From NCBI GenBank assembly GCA_963827235.1, contig CAWHAE010000016.1, positions 704,001-768,000 of the forward strand: 64,000 bases of DNA, in the 5' to 3' direction. Numbering within the stretch: position 1 is the first letter of the stretch; each line of letters opens with the position of its first letter. The position numbers were made by a program, and so were the translations under genes. Shown here in pieces: positions 48,056 through 58,230 of the stretch. The notes under the pieces are model-generated. The model was not told where the DNA came from and searched no databases. It worked only from the letters and a program-made list of their open reading frames with translations. Source of the stretch: an uncultured bacterium. Lineage in GTDB: Bacteria > Chloroflexota > UBA5177 > JANWHV01.

Positions 48056-49741
48056 TCAGCGCAGGCGATAGACCCGCGCCTCGTACGGCCGTAGCGTGAT
48101 CTGCCGCACGCCCGTCTCGCCGGCCACCGGATAGTTGGCAATCAGCAGCTCCGCGCCGGTCTCCGGAAGGTCGGCAGGCAACACGAACAGCGGCGTGCCT
48201 GCCGTGAAATTCAGAATGACAAGCAGGCGATCGTCCTCCAGCGTGCGCGTGAACGCGTAGATCGCGGCATCGTCGTCGAGGATGAGCTGGTAGCGCCCGG
48301 ACACGATGACGGGATTGCTCCTGCGCAGCCGGATAAGCTGCCGGTAGTAGTGATACACGGAGTTCGGATCGCCGACAGCCTGCTCGACGTTGATCTCCGT
48401 GTAGCGCGGGTTGACCGCGATCCAGGGTGTGCCGGTCGTGAAGCCGGAATTGGCGTTCCCGTTCCACTGCATGGGCGTGCGAGCGTTGTCCCGGCTCCGG
48501 CGATGAACCAGCTCCATGGCAGATTCCCGGTCCATTCCTTCGTCGTCCACCAGCTCGCGGTACGCGTTCCGGGTTGCGATATCGCGGTAATCCTCGATTG
48601 AGGGGAACGCCACGTTGGTCATGCCGATCTCCTCGCCCTGGTAGACATACGGTGTGCCCTGCAGCATGTGCAGGAACGTGCCCAGCAGCTTGGCGGACTG
48701 CACGCGGTAGGTGCCGTCGTCGCCGAACCGCGATACCTGCCGCGCCTGATCGTGATTGGACAGGTACTGGCTGTTCCATCCCCTGCCATAGAGTGCATTT
48801 TGCCAGCGCGTCATCACCTGCTTCAGCTCGAGAAGATCCCAGCGCCGCCAGCTCCAGCGCGCCGGAAACGCCGGATCGTTGTCGAGCTGCATGTGATCGA
48901 ACTGGAACACCATGTTGAGCGGCCCGCTCTCTTCGTCGGTAAGCTCCACCGCCTGTTCGGTAGTCACCTCTGCCGCTTCTCCAACCGTGATCGTGTCGAA
49001 CGCCGACAGCGCCTCCCGCTTCATCTCGTGGAGATACTCCAACAGCCGGGGTCCGTGAATATAGCGGGAGCCCGCGGGCTGGTAGCGATCCTGGACCACT
49101 ACAGGCGCATCCGGGAGTCCCGGGGTCTTTGAGATCATGGTGATGGTGTCCATGCGGAAGCCGTCGACTCCCTTCTGCAGCCACCATCGCATCATCGCGA
49201 ACACCGCTCCGCGAACCTCCGGATTCTCCCAGTTCAGATCCGGCTGCCTTGGTGAGAAGAGGTGAAGATAATATTCGCCGGTCAGCTCGTCGTAGGCCCA
49301 GGCGGAGCCGCCGAAGTTGGACCGCCAGTTGTTGGGCTCGCGCCCATCGCGGCCCTGCCGCCAGATGTAGAAGTCGCGGTACTGGCTATCCTTCGATCTC
49401 CGCGCCTCGACGAACCACGGGTGCTCGTCGGAGGTGTGATTGACCACCAGGTCCATGACCAGCTTGATGCCGCGCGAGTGCAGCCCGGCGAGAAGCTCCT
49501 CCCAGTCGGCCAGAGTGCCGAACTCGTCCATGATCGCCTGGTAGTCGCTGATGTCATAGCCATTGTCGTCATTGGGCGACTTGTAGACCGGCGAGAGCCA
49601 GACCACGTCTATGCCGAGATCCTGCAAGCAATCGAGCTTCTGTATGATTCCGCGCAGATCGCCGATGCCGTCGCCGTCGCTGTCCATGAAGCTTCGAGGA
49701 TAGATCTGGTATACGACGCTGCTCTTCCACCACTGCTGCAC
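48056..49741 (-). CDS. Oligo-1,6-glucosidase/alpha-glucosidase (GH13_31, MalL-like)
   Basis: YQIYPRSF.DSDGDGIGDL, DLVVNHTSDEH, QPDLNWEN, GFRMD, SNHDQ, SRDNARTPMQW. Confidence 0.92.
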   Translation of the reverse strand: MQQWWKSSVVYQIYPRSFMDSDGDGIGDLRGIIQKLDCLQDLGIDVVWLSPVYKSPNDDNGYDISDYQAIMDEFGTLADWEELLAGLHSRGIKLVMDLVVNHTSDEHPWFVEARRSKDSQYRDFYIWRQGRDGREPNNWRSNFGGSAWAYDELTGEYYLHLFSPRQPDLNWENPEVRGAVFAMMRWWLQKGVDGFRMDTITMISKTPGLPDAPVVVQDRYQPAGSRYIHGPRLLEYLHEMKREALSAFDTITVGEAAEVTTEQAVELTDEESGPLNMVFQFDHMQLDNDPAFPARWSWRRWDLLELKQVMTRWQNALYGRGWNSQYLSNHDQARQVSRFGDDGTYRVQSAKLLGTFLHMLQGTPYVYQGEEIGMTNVAFPSIEDYRDIATRNAYRELVDDEGMDRESAMELVHRRSRDNARTPMQWNGNANSGFTTGTPWIAVNPRYTEINVEQAVGDPNSVYHYYRQLIRLRRSNPVIVSGRYQLILDDDAAIYAFTRTLEDDRLLVILNFTAGTPLFVLPADLPETGAELLIANYPVAGETGVRQITLRPYEARVYRLR

Positions 49742-50764
49742 TGGCACTCTCCCAAATGCGTTGAACGCTTCCAGAACTGCTCTGATGGCGCGCCGGCAGG
49801 CCTGCGCGCCAAACCGCCGCTCCATGCGAGCTACAGCGAGGCACGATTCGCCTCTGGAGCGCAACGCCACTACGTCATGTTCCCGACACCTGGCCCGGCT
49901 TGCTGAGCAGCCCGAACGTGCATACACATGCATTTGGCGGGCGGGGCGCCGTTCGCCAAGCCATTCTCGACGCCCTCCGGCGTGCCGGCGCTAACCCGGT
50001 CCGTCCAGGCCCGAGCACACGTCATGAGCCCGGCCCGGTTCGCAGACAGCCTGCAACGTCGCGTCGACTGCACATCGGCCCGGCTCATGGTGCACCGTCG
50101 AACGCCGCCAGGAAACAGCGCAACATTAATCCTGTGCCCAGTGTAGCCGACCCCGGGCCACACCGGGCATACCGGCGCAGCGCGCGAGCGCGAGCACACG
50201 CGCCGTACGCCAACCCGCTGCCCAGGCGATCCGTGGCCGGCAACCCTCTCGAAGCCGCTGGCTAATAGACGGGAAGCACCAGGTTTCACTGAGCATCTCG
50301 CCCCTACACAGACTGCACGCAGGACTCCCTCGCTCCAGGCTCTGAGAGCGCCCCGTGTCCGTTGATTCTCACCGTGCGACCGCATGGAACGGCTCAGATC
50401 CCCGACCCACGCGCGCTGCTCGATGGCCTTTTGGCGAGCTGCCCCGGTTTCCATCAACTATTGCGACCACGAACACGCCAGGATCTGTGCCGCTGCCATG
50501 ACGTGCCCGATGTCCCGGTGCATGTATACAGCTTCCGCCACTCGGCCCCCGGACGTGCGCGGCCATGTCCCGTGCAATACCATTCAGAAAGGCAGGAGAT
50601 CCAGCCGATCGCGCCGCGCCGCACGCGGATGCCGCCCCCCGGCGACATCCGGCCCGTCGTCGGGGCCGTGCCTGTTGCTAGCCTGTCTGAGCATTGTGGC
50701 ATCCAGCGCCGTCCAGGCCGTCATCGAGCTGCGGCCGCCTGCGCACGAATATCCGGAGGGATAA

Positions 50765-51103
50765 ATGGCAAAGCCTGAGCTGGAGTTTCACCGGCCGAGC
50801 GGCGAATGGGTCGCGGCAAGCGTTGACGTGCCCGGCATCTGGACGCAGGTACTCGCGGAGGATGCTCCCTCTGGCGCATACACAGGCTTGCAGCGCTATG
50901 ACCCTGGAGTGGACACCGGTCCGCTGGGCGTGCGTGTACACGATTACTGGGAGGAGGTCTACATCCTCGAAGGAGACCTGACCGATCTCAGTCTCAACGC
51001 CACCTTCACCGCCGGAATGTATGCCTGCAGGCCGCCCGGTATGCCGCACGGACCATGGCGGACCGCGCATGGCGTGACCATGCTGGAGGTCCGCTACAGC
51101 TGA
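50765..51103 (+). CDS. Small cupin (ChrR-like cupin)
   Basis: HDYWEEVYILEGDL, YACRPPGMPHGPW; GGAGG RBS. Confidence 0.85.
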   Translation: MAKPELEFHRPSGEWVAASVDVPGIWTQVLAEDAPSGAYTGLQRYDPGVDTGPLGVRVHDYWEEVYILEGDLTDLSLNATFTAGMYACRPPGMPHGPWRTAHGVTMLEVRYS

Positions 51104-51379
51104 GCGCCGGGTTGCCCCTGTCGGCAAGAATCAAGACGGCAGTCCGCGGCCGGCCCGTCCCCTCCACCCTCGCGGCTCCAGGCTAGTGCCCATCTGCACT
51201 GAATGGCGGCTGGCAGGTTTCTGCCGGTCTGTCAGCACCGAAGGGCTGCACGCTCTGCAACCGCACTCCGCTCTGGCGCTGGCCCGGCAGCGCCAGAGCG
51301 GCCGATGAACTACAGCTCGCGCTCCACACCCGGGCGCGGGTTGTATCCAGGATGCGACATGAATGGCGTTGGCGGGTTT

Positions 51380-52417
51380 CTAGGCGCCCGGCGCCGCTCC
51401 GTCCGTCAGGCCATGCTCGTGCATCAGCGCCTCGACCTCTTCCACGGTCACGCTGTCGGGCGGCAGTATCACCTCCGAGGTCACCACCTCGCCGGTGCCG
51501 ATGCTCTGCCCGCGCGTCTGCACCAGCGCGATCATCTGCCCCAGCAGCGCGTGGACCTTCGCCCCATCACGCGAGTGTACGGCGTCGGTCAGCTGGTGGT
51601 CGAGGGCGTGCAGATCGTCGACTTCTGCCTGTGCCAGGCGATATTGCCCGCTGCCCTGTACCCGCACGACCAGGCCCGGCGTGACAGCCGCGAGCTGCTT
51701 GGCGGCAGGCGCGCCCTGGCCGAGTTGCGCTTTCAGCGCGGCGAGCTGAGCATCGACGTCGCTGCTCGCCGACAATTGATCGAGCTGAGCCTGCACGTCG
51801 TCTCCGGTCGACGTCAGCAGGTCGGGCAACGTGCCGGCAGCCGTCAGTTCGCCGATGGCGTTCGCCCGTGCCTGCATCGACTGCGTCTTGTCCTCGGCCC
51901 TCTGGATAGCCGAGTTGACGTCGGCCATCTCCTCCGAGAGCCCGGACGCCGCTTCGCTGATGCGTACCTGGGCCTGAGCGGCCGTGTACTGCGCCTTGAT
52001 CGTTTCCTTGTGGCTGTTGAACGTCTGAATCTTCTCGTCCAGCCTCTGCGAGCCGGTCTGGAGCTGCTCCTGCTGGCTCTGCAGCGCGTCGATCTGGGTC
52101 TGCATGCTCTGTAGCTGCTGCGCAGCATCAGCCTTGCGAGAAAGTGCGAGACGAGCGAGGTCCTCGCGGTTGGCCGCCAGGGCCTGGCGGGCCTGCGCAT
52201 CGAACTTGCTCGAATCCTGCTGAAGATGCGCGAGTTGGATCTGCAGGCCTGCCTTGGCCGCCGCCACGTCCACGATGCCCGCCCGCACCTTTCGCTGCTG
52301 CTCGAGCAGCTGCTCGTACGAGTAGTCGATCATCTCGTTCGGGTTTTCCACGGCGTCGAGCGTTGAGTTCATCTTGGCTTTGAAGATCGAAGAGATACGG
52401 CCCAACGTGCCTGCCAT
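51380..52417 (-). CDS. pspA: PspA/IM30 (ESCRT-III-like) protein fused to a C-terminal PspAA-like domain
   Basis: RISSIFKAKMN..ENP, REDLARLALSRK coiled coil, VDAQLAALK; tail VVRVQGSGQYRL...SEVILPP. Confidence 0.88.
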   Translation of the reverse strand: MAGTLGRISSIFKAKMNSTLDAVENPNEMIDYSYEQLLEQQRKVRAGIVDVAAAKAGLQIQLAHLQQDSSKFDAQARQALAANREDLARLALSRKADAAQQLQSMQTQIDALQSQQEQLQTGSQRLDEKIQTFNSHKETIKAQYTAAQAQVRISEAASGLSEEMADVNSAIQRAEDKTQSMQARANAIGELTAAGTLPDLLTSTGDDVQAQLDQLSASSDVDAQLAALKAQLGQGAPAAKQLAAVTPGLVVRVQGSGQYRLAQAEVDDLHALDHQLTDAVHSRDGAKVHALLGQMIALVQTRGQSIGTGEVVTSEVILPPDSVTVEEVEALMHEHGLTDGAAPGA

Positions 52418-52594
52418 CGCACCCTCCCTGCAACTGAACTACGGTGTCCTAATGCGCTTGGGTTCCTGCCGGACCGGACGGGCGACGCGCAACATCGCCG
52501 CCATGTCCCCAGTGTACGGTAGTCCGCGGCTTCCGCACCTGTTCGCTGCCGGCCGGAGCAGTTTCTCTACGCCGGCAGCGTACTCCCTATCTCC

Positions 52595-52790
52595 TTAGCC
52601 GAGCGGCAGAATGATCTCACACACCGTGCCCTCGCAGCATCGGCAAGAAAGAGATCGCCTGCGGAGTGCACTGCAACTCCATCGGATCCTGCCGGCCTGG
52701 CCGCCGCTCACCCGCGCCACGATGTGATCCCCCGTGATGCCGCGCGTCCCATACGGCGCTTCGTCGGTGACCCGCCAGAGCAGCATGCCA
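52595..52790 (-). pseudogene. Possible eroded HATPase_c (sensor kinase) C-terminus
   Basis: LWRVTDEAPYG ... GRIRWSC ... EGTVCEIILPLG*; G-boxes degenerate. Confidence 0.3.
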
Positions 52791-52881
52791 TTCTGATCGT
52801 GCTTGTCTCTCGAGGTGACCGGCGCGGCGGCAATACTCAGGCGCGTTGAGCTACCACTACGACTACGGACGAAGGTGGCCC

Positions 52882-54495
52882 TCAGGCTCCCGTGCTTCCC
52901 CGCCCGCGCCGGCCGCGCATAGCGGTGCGAAATCGGTGCCAAAGAGTGCGGGCGCGATCCACCTGTGCGGACTCAACCGGCGCCAAGCCGTAGCGCGCTG
53001 CCACGAAAGTCTCGGCGAGGTCCCCTGCAGGTTCGCCTGCTTCGGGCACCTGCACTGCGAGCTCGCGTGCGTATTCGGCCGGCGTCTGCCCGGCTCGCCT
53101 CGTGAAACCGCGGCGACCGGCATGCCGGAGTGCCGTGAGATATACCGTGATCACGGCCTGGCGCGCCGACATGTCGTCGAGATTTGGTCCACGCCATCGC
53201 CGAACCGCGGCGCCGGCCTGCCGCGATCCCCGCGCGGCAAGCGCGCGAGACCGTGCCGCGATGCTGCCGCCGGAAGCGAGCAGCAGAACCCGCATCAAAT
53301 GAAAGCAGCGGCGCAGCGCGCCGAGCACTGAAAGCCAGAGCGACGGCAACGCTCGCCCTCTGGAGCTGGAGACGTAAATACGCGCCAGGGCGAGCAGCGC
53401 AGCAATGCAGAGCAGCAGCGGCCAATGTTCGGCCAGGATCATGATGAGGCGAGTAAAGGCTTGCCAGAGGTTGCCGAGAATATCCCAGATACCGGCCCTT
53501 GTTTGGGACACATGCGGCAATATGCGCGGTCGCACCAGCGCATGCACGCCGCCGGCGCCGCGCGCGCAGCTGCTCGAGGTGCACGTTTTCGGAGGCGGCA
53601 CCTTGAACCACGACCAGGGGAGCAGACGCAGCAGCGGCAGAATGAGCGACTCCCAGGCACCGGCTGCCAGAGCACGCGCAGCACTCATCAGCTGTACCGC
53701 CGTCGATAGCGCCGCCACGACGAGTGCCACAAGCACCAGGTCGGTGCCCATCCGGCTCCACTCCCCGGTGACACCGCTCGCGACGTCGAAACCGGCAAGC
53801 CGCCATTGCGACATCTTGCTTCTGTGCGCGGAGAGTCCAGCAATCCCAATCGCGCAGACGAGATAGGTGGCAAAGGCCGCCAACCCGAGCCAGATCTCCG
53901 GCTCCCGACCGGACCCCGCGGCGCTCTGCCCTACGAGCCCGACCGCCAGCGCCAGAGCGCCGGCGGCCAGCTCCAGCCTCAGCTGGGCAAGCAAGGCGTC
54001 GCGAGACGAGCTGCCGGCGCGAGATCTCCCGCCTTCTTCGCTTTCCCATACCTGGATGTCTAGCTGAGCCCAGGCCCGCGCACGAGCAGATCCGTGCGTC
54101 ACCGTGATCACGCAGAGAGCGGCGCCAACGAGCACGGCGAACCCGTAGCCCGGTGAGGCTGCGCCCGCGCCGCGCAATCGCGCTTCCGCCACCGGAAAGA
54201 CCACGCAGAGCAGCGCGGAAACGGCCGCCTGGGAGGTCAACACCGCGCGCCCGTAGAGCCGAGCCGCCAGCACGTCCATCCCTTCCCGTCTGAGTGTCGT
54301 CGGCACGGAAGTCGCAGCCAGAGCCAGCAGGCAAACAGCCGCCACGACCTGCTCGCCGGCAAGCCAATGGATGGGCAGAGCGCTCGATGCCGCCAGCAGG
54401 CCGATCGGCAAGCTGCAGGCTAACAGAACCAGGCACGTGGCGGCGGCCTCGTCTTCGCCGCGTCGCCAGGGCATGTCGAAGTGCAGTGTGTTCAT
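52882..54495 (-). CDS. Multi-pass membrane protein with C-terminal DUF4129
   Basis: YLTALRHAGRRGFTRRAGQTPAEYA...FVAARYG. Confidence 0.85.
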   Translation of the reverse strand: MNTLHFDMPWRRGEDEAAATCLVLLACSLPIGLLAASSALPIHWLAGEQVVAAVCLLALAATSVPTTLRREGMDVLAARLYGRAVLTSQAAVSALLCVVFPVAEARLRGAGAASPGYGFAVLVGAALCVITVTHGSARARAWAQLDIQVWESEEGGRSRAGSSSRDALLAQLRLELAAGALALAVGLVGQSAAGSGREPEIWLGLAAFATYLVCAIGIAGLSAHRSKMSQWRLAGFDVASGVTGEWSRMGTDLVLVALVVAALSTAVQLMSAARALAAGAWESLILPLLRLLPWSWFKVPPPKTCTSSSCARGAGGVHALVRPRILPHVSQTRAGIWDILGNLWQAFTRLIMILAEHWPLLLCIAALLALARIYVSSSRGRALPSLWLSVLGALRRCFHLMRVLLLASGGSIAARSRALAARGSRQAGAAVRRWRGPNLDDMSARQAVITVYLTALRHAGRRGFTRRAGQTPAEYARELAVQVPEAGEPAGDLAETFVAARYGLAPVESAQVDRARTLWHRFRTAMRGRRGRGSTGA

Positions 54496-55757
54496 GCCGG
54501 TGCCGCCAGGTAGGAGGCATCAGCCCAGACACCTCTCACGTGCAGGCCGAGCGATCGTGCCCGCGCGACGAGTGCGGGGTCGACACCGCGCTGGCCGGCG
54601 ACCAGAATCACGACCAGGAGACCTGCCTCGTGAAACCTGCGCAGGACAACCAGCAGCTCGTCGTCGACGAAACCTGTGATCAGCACCAGTGTGGAGCCCC
54701 AGGGCAGAGACAAGTGCCGCGCGTGCAGGTCTCGCAGCACCGGCAGGTCCTCAGCGGCTTCCAGACGCGCCAGTGTCTCCAGAATGTGTGTGAGCCGGGC
54801 CTGGCCCTTGGCCGGCAACAACACGGGTGCCACCACGGAGGTGCCTTTCTCGAACCCGCTCGTCTCGGGTACAGGAGCGGCTCTCGACCGCTCGAACAGG
54901 CCGCTCCTACCGTCGTCCAGCCAGCCGGGCACAGGGGTCAGCCGGCCGTTCGTGGCAAGGCCGACCGCTTGCCGGGTATCGGTCAGCCTGCGGGCAACGG
55001 TGGCCGCAATGCTGATCGCCAGCTCCATGGAGACGAACGGGTTCGCGTCCGGGTAGCCTGAGCGGTCGAGATCAGCGTAAATCATGGTTTGCACGGTGGT
55101 CGCAGGATCGAACAGCTTGACCTGCAGCGTGCCGGTAGCCGCCGTCGCCCGCCAGTGAATCTCGTGCAGAGGATCGCCTGCCCGGTAGTCTCTGACTCCG
55201 GAGACCCGCGCCGGATCGCCGAGAATCGGGCGCCGGCTGCGAAGGTCGCCAAAAAGGGCCACCGCAGGCAGATCGAGCTCATGCAGCGCAAGCATACGCG
55301 GGTAGACGAGCACGAATTGCAGCCGTGGCAGCACGAGGTCCCGGCGGGCCACGCCAAACACATCGCCGAGCGACAGTGCCAGCGGACCGACACTGTAGAG
55401 ACCACGCTTCCGGCCAACCAGATCGTACGTGATCTCCTCCCTCCGGCCGGCAGCCACGGAAAGTACCCGCTGTGTCCGATCCGCTATGCGCAGACCGACA
55501 GGCATCGACTCGGCAACCTCGAGCCAGGGAATGGAGAATACGGAACCGTTCTGCACCACTATCCTGACGGTCGTCCTCTGGCCGAAGAACAGCCTGGGCT
55601 CAAGCGCGCGGGAGACCATCAGGTGACCGCCCGTGTCGCGCAGCCAGAACCTGGTCGCGACGACGACCACGAGAACGACGGCAAACGAAAAGAACAGCGG
55701 ACCACTCTTGAAGTACACTGCTGCTGCCAGCCAGCCCAGCATGCCGACCGTCTTCAT
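54492..55757 (-). CDS. DUF58-domain protein
   Basis: RGLY..GP...GDVFG, GVRDYRAGDPLHEIHWRATA. Confidence 0.9.
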   Translation of the reverse strand: MKTVGMLGWLAAAVYFKSGPLFFSFAVVLVVVVATRFWLRDTGGHLMVSRALEPRLFFGQRTTVRIVVQNGSVFSIPWLEVAESMPVGLRIADRTQRVLSVAAGRREEITYDLVGRKRGLYSVGPLALSLGDVFGVARRDLVLPRLQFVLVYPRMLALHELDLPAVALFGDLRSRRPILGDPARVSGVRDYRAGDPLHEIHWRATAATGTLQVKLFDPATTVQTMIYADLDRSGYPDANPFVSMELAISIAATVARRLTDTRQAVGLATNGRLTPVPGWLDDGRSGLFERSRAAPVPETSGFEKGTSVVAPVLLPAKGQARLTHILETLARLEAAEDLPVLRDLHARHLSLPWGSTLVLITGFVDDELLVVLRRFHEAGLLVVILVAGQRGVDPALVARARSLGLHVRGVWADASYLAAPA

Positions 55758-56782
55758 CCGCCTGGTTGCTTGCCTCCGGCGGCCGCCGTGGCCGCGACAT
55801 CGAGTGTCTCGCCCGGCGGCTCCTCGACCGGAACGGGAATGGACTCCACCAGGGAGCGCAGGATGCCGCTCGCGTTGCGCCCGCGGAGCTCGCTTTCCGG
55901 TCGCACGATCAGCCGGTGGGCGAGCGTGATCTCGCCCAGATCCTTGATGTCGTCAGGAATGACGAAGGCGCGGCCGCGCAAGCCTGCCAGGGCCTGGGCG
56001 CAACGGTACAGGGCAAGGCTCCCCCTGGTACTGGCACCTACCGCGAGATCGGGGTGGTTCCGGGTGCCGAGCACAATTCTGCCGATGTAGTCGAGCAGCG
56101 AGGCATCCACGTGGATGTCCCATACTGCCCGCTGCAGAGCCACTACCTCTTCCCGCGCCACCACCTGGCGGATCTGCCCGATGGGATGCTCGCGGGCCAG
56201 CTCCAGCATGATCTGTTTCTCCTCCTCGAGCGTGGGATGGCCCATGCGCAGTCGCATCAGAAAGCGGTCCATCTGGGCTTCAGGCAGCGGAAACGTGCCT
56301 TCAAACTCGATGGGATTCTGCGTGGCGATCACCATGAACGGGCTGGGCAGCACGCGCGTGACGCCATCGCTGGACACCTGGTGCTCGCCCATGGCTTCGA
56401 GCAACGCGGATTGTGTGCGCGGCGTGGCACGGTTCACCTCGTCGGCAAGCAGGATGTTGACGAACGCCGGGCCCTCGCGAAACTCGAAATCACCCAGCTT
56501 CTGATTGTAGACCGACACTCCGGTCACGTCGTTGGGCAGCAGATCGGGCGTGCATTGCAGCCTCTTGAATGCGCAGCCGATAGAGCTGCTGATCGCGCGC
56601 GCAAGCATCGTCTTGCCGGTGCCGGGGACATCCTCCAGCAGGACGTGACCATCGCACAGCAGTGCTACGATCATCATGAGCACCGTCTGCTCCTTGCCCA
56701 CGATGACCCGGCCGACGTTCGACCCGACGCGCGATCCAAAAGCGGCTATTGCCGCGGCACTTTCGCTCGTGACTTCCACCAC
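55754..56782 (-). CDS. moxR: MoxR family AAA+ ATPase
   Basis: LLEDVPGTGKT, LADEVNRATPRTQSALLEAM, ATQNPIEFEGTFPLPEAQMDRF. Confidence 0.95.
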   Translation of the reverse strand: MVEVTSESAAAIAAFGSRVGSNVGRVIVGKEQTVLMMIVALLCDGHVLLEDVPGTGKTMLARAISSSIGCAFKRLQCTPDLLPNDVTGVSVYNQKLGDFEFREGPAFVNILLADEVNRATPRTQSALLEAMGEHQVSSDGVTRVLPSPFMVIATQNPIEFEGTFPLPEAQMDRFLMRLRMGHPTLEEEKQIMLELAREHPIGQIRQVVAREEVVALQRAVWDIHVDASLLDYIGRIVLGTRNHPDLAVGASTRGSLALYRCAQALAGLRGRAFVIPDDIKDLGEITLAHRLIVRPESELRGRNASGILRSLVESIPVPVEEPPGETLDVAATAAAGGKQPGG

Positions 56783-56967
56783 TCAGACCTCTATCCTCGC
56801 CTGTAGTCCTGCTCAATACCATAGCGCGTTCCGCCCGGTCCTGGATGATCCGGTGCCGCTTCGACCTCCGGATCTCCCCGGCACCGGCTGCCGGACGCCA
56901 ATCGACGCTCTCCCCCGAGGGCGCGGCCGCTCTGCCGCCTACAAGCTCGGGCACGGAGATGGTTTCC

Positions 56968-58200
56968 TCAGGACTCGGCCCGCAGAGTGGTCAAGCGGCG
57001 CATCTCCGGCCAGTGCCAGGCTACCCAGAGCACTACCAGCACGGTGCCGACCCCGCCGGCGACCACGGCGATCACCGGACCAAATAGCTGCGCCACCAGC
57101 CCGGACTCAAATCCGCCGAGCTGGTTGGACGTCCCGATGAACAGCGAGTTGACTGCACCGACGCGGCCACGCATCTCGTCGGGCGTTCGTACCAGCACGA
57201 GCGTGCTGCGAATGACCACGCTGACGTTGTCGAAGGCGCCAAGCAGCATCAGCATCAGCAGAGAGAGCGCGAACCAGTGCGACAGGCCGAACACGATCGT
57301 CGCTAGCCCGAAAGCGGCCACCGCCAGCAGCAAGGTTCTTCCGGCCCGCTGAAGGCGAGGGCCGTGTGCCATGAACAGGGCCATGCACACGGCGCCGATC
57401 GAGGACGCAGCCTGGAGCCAGCCCAGGCCAAAAGGACCGACATGGAGAATGTCTCTTGCGAAGATCGGCAGGAGCGTCGTCGCGCCGCCAAGCAGCACGG
57501 CAAAGAGGTCAAGCGTGATGGCCGCCAGCATCTCTGGAGTTCTCCTCAGAAACATCACGCCTTCCAGCAGAGTGTGCAGCGTATTACCCCGGGCCGCGTG
57601 TCGCTCCTGGGGAGCAACCCGGGCGCCCGAGAGGAGCAGGATGAAGACTAGGCTTGCAAGCGCGCTCAGCACAAAGATCCAGGCGGCCCGGCCGAACAGG
57701 CCGACCAGGAAGCCGCCGGCGGCCGGGCCCAGGACAGCAGAGAGCTGAAACGAGCTGCTGCGCCAGGTCATGGCGCTCTCGAAAGCCTCGGCGGGAATGA
57801 GCTGCGCCACGATAGCCGAGGTTGCCGGACCACCAAACGCTTGCGTCGCGCCGAGGAGTGCGAGGCAGGCATAGATCAGAGCAAGCGATCCCTGCGTGGC
57901 GGACAGCGCGGCGAGTCCCAATGAGCAGGCGGCCGTGCCCATCTGAGCAAGCACCACCACCTGCTTACGGCTGTGATGGTCCACCACCTGGCCCGCAGGC
58001 AGCGAGAGCAGGATCACGGGGATAACCTGCGCCAACCCCACGCCACCGAGCACGAGGGCGGACCCGGTACGGTTGTAGAGCTCCCAGCCAAATGCCACGG
58101 CCGCCATCTGCTGGCCGAACGAGGAGAGCAGCAGGCCCCCTTGGAACAGGCGGAAGCTGGCGAAGCGGAGCGCCAGGTAGGGATCGTGCGCGTCAGGCAT
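56968..58200 (-). CDS. MFS transporter (MFS_3/EntS-like)
   Basis: ~12 TM; LDLFAVLLGGATTLLP, PDEMRGRV..FIGTSNQLGGFESG. Confidence 0.9.
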   Translation of the reverse strand: MPDAHDPYLALRFASFRLFQGGLLLSSFGQQMAAVAFGWELYNRTGSALVLGGVGLAQVIPVILLSLPAGQVVDHHSRKQVVVLAQMGTAACSLGLAALSATQGSLALIYACLALLGATQAFGGPATSAIVAQLIPAEAFESAMTWRSSSFQLSAVLGPAAGGFLVGLFGRAAWIFVLSALASLVFILLLSGARVAPQERHAARGNTLHTLLEGVMFLRRTPEMLAAITLDLFAVLLGGATTLLPIFARDILHVGPFGLGWLQAASSIGAVCMALFMAHGPRLQRAGRTLLLAVAAFGLATIVFGLSHWFALSLLMLMLLGAFDNVSVVIRSTLVLVRTPDEMRGRVGAVNSLFIGTSNQLGGFESGLVAQLFGPVIAVVAGGVGTVLVVLWVAWHWPEMRRLTTLRAES

Positions 58201-58230
58201 GACAACCCCACATGACCGTTGAGGTTGTCA
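58200..58230 (-). promoter_or_regulatory. 11-bp stem-loop covering the MFS ribosome-binding region and the A of AUG
   Basis: Minus strand TGACAACCTCA-9 nt-TGGGGTTGTCA(TG), one G-U pair. Confidence 0.5.
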
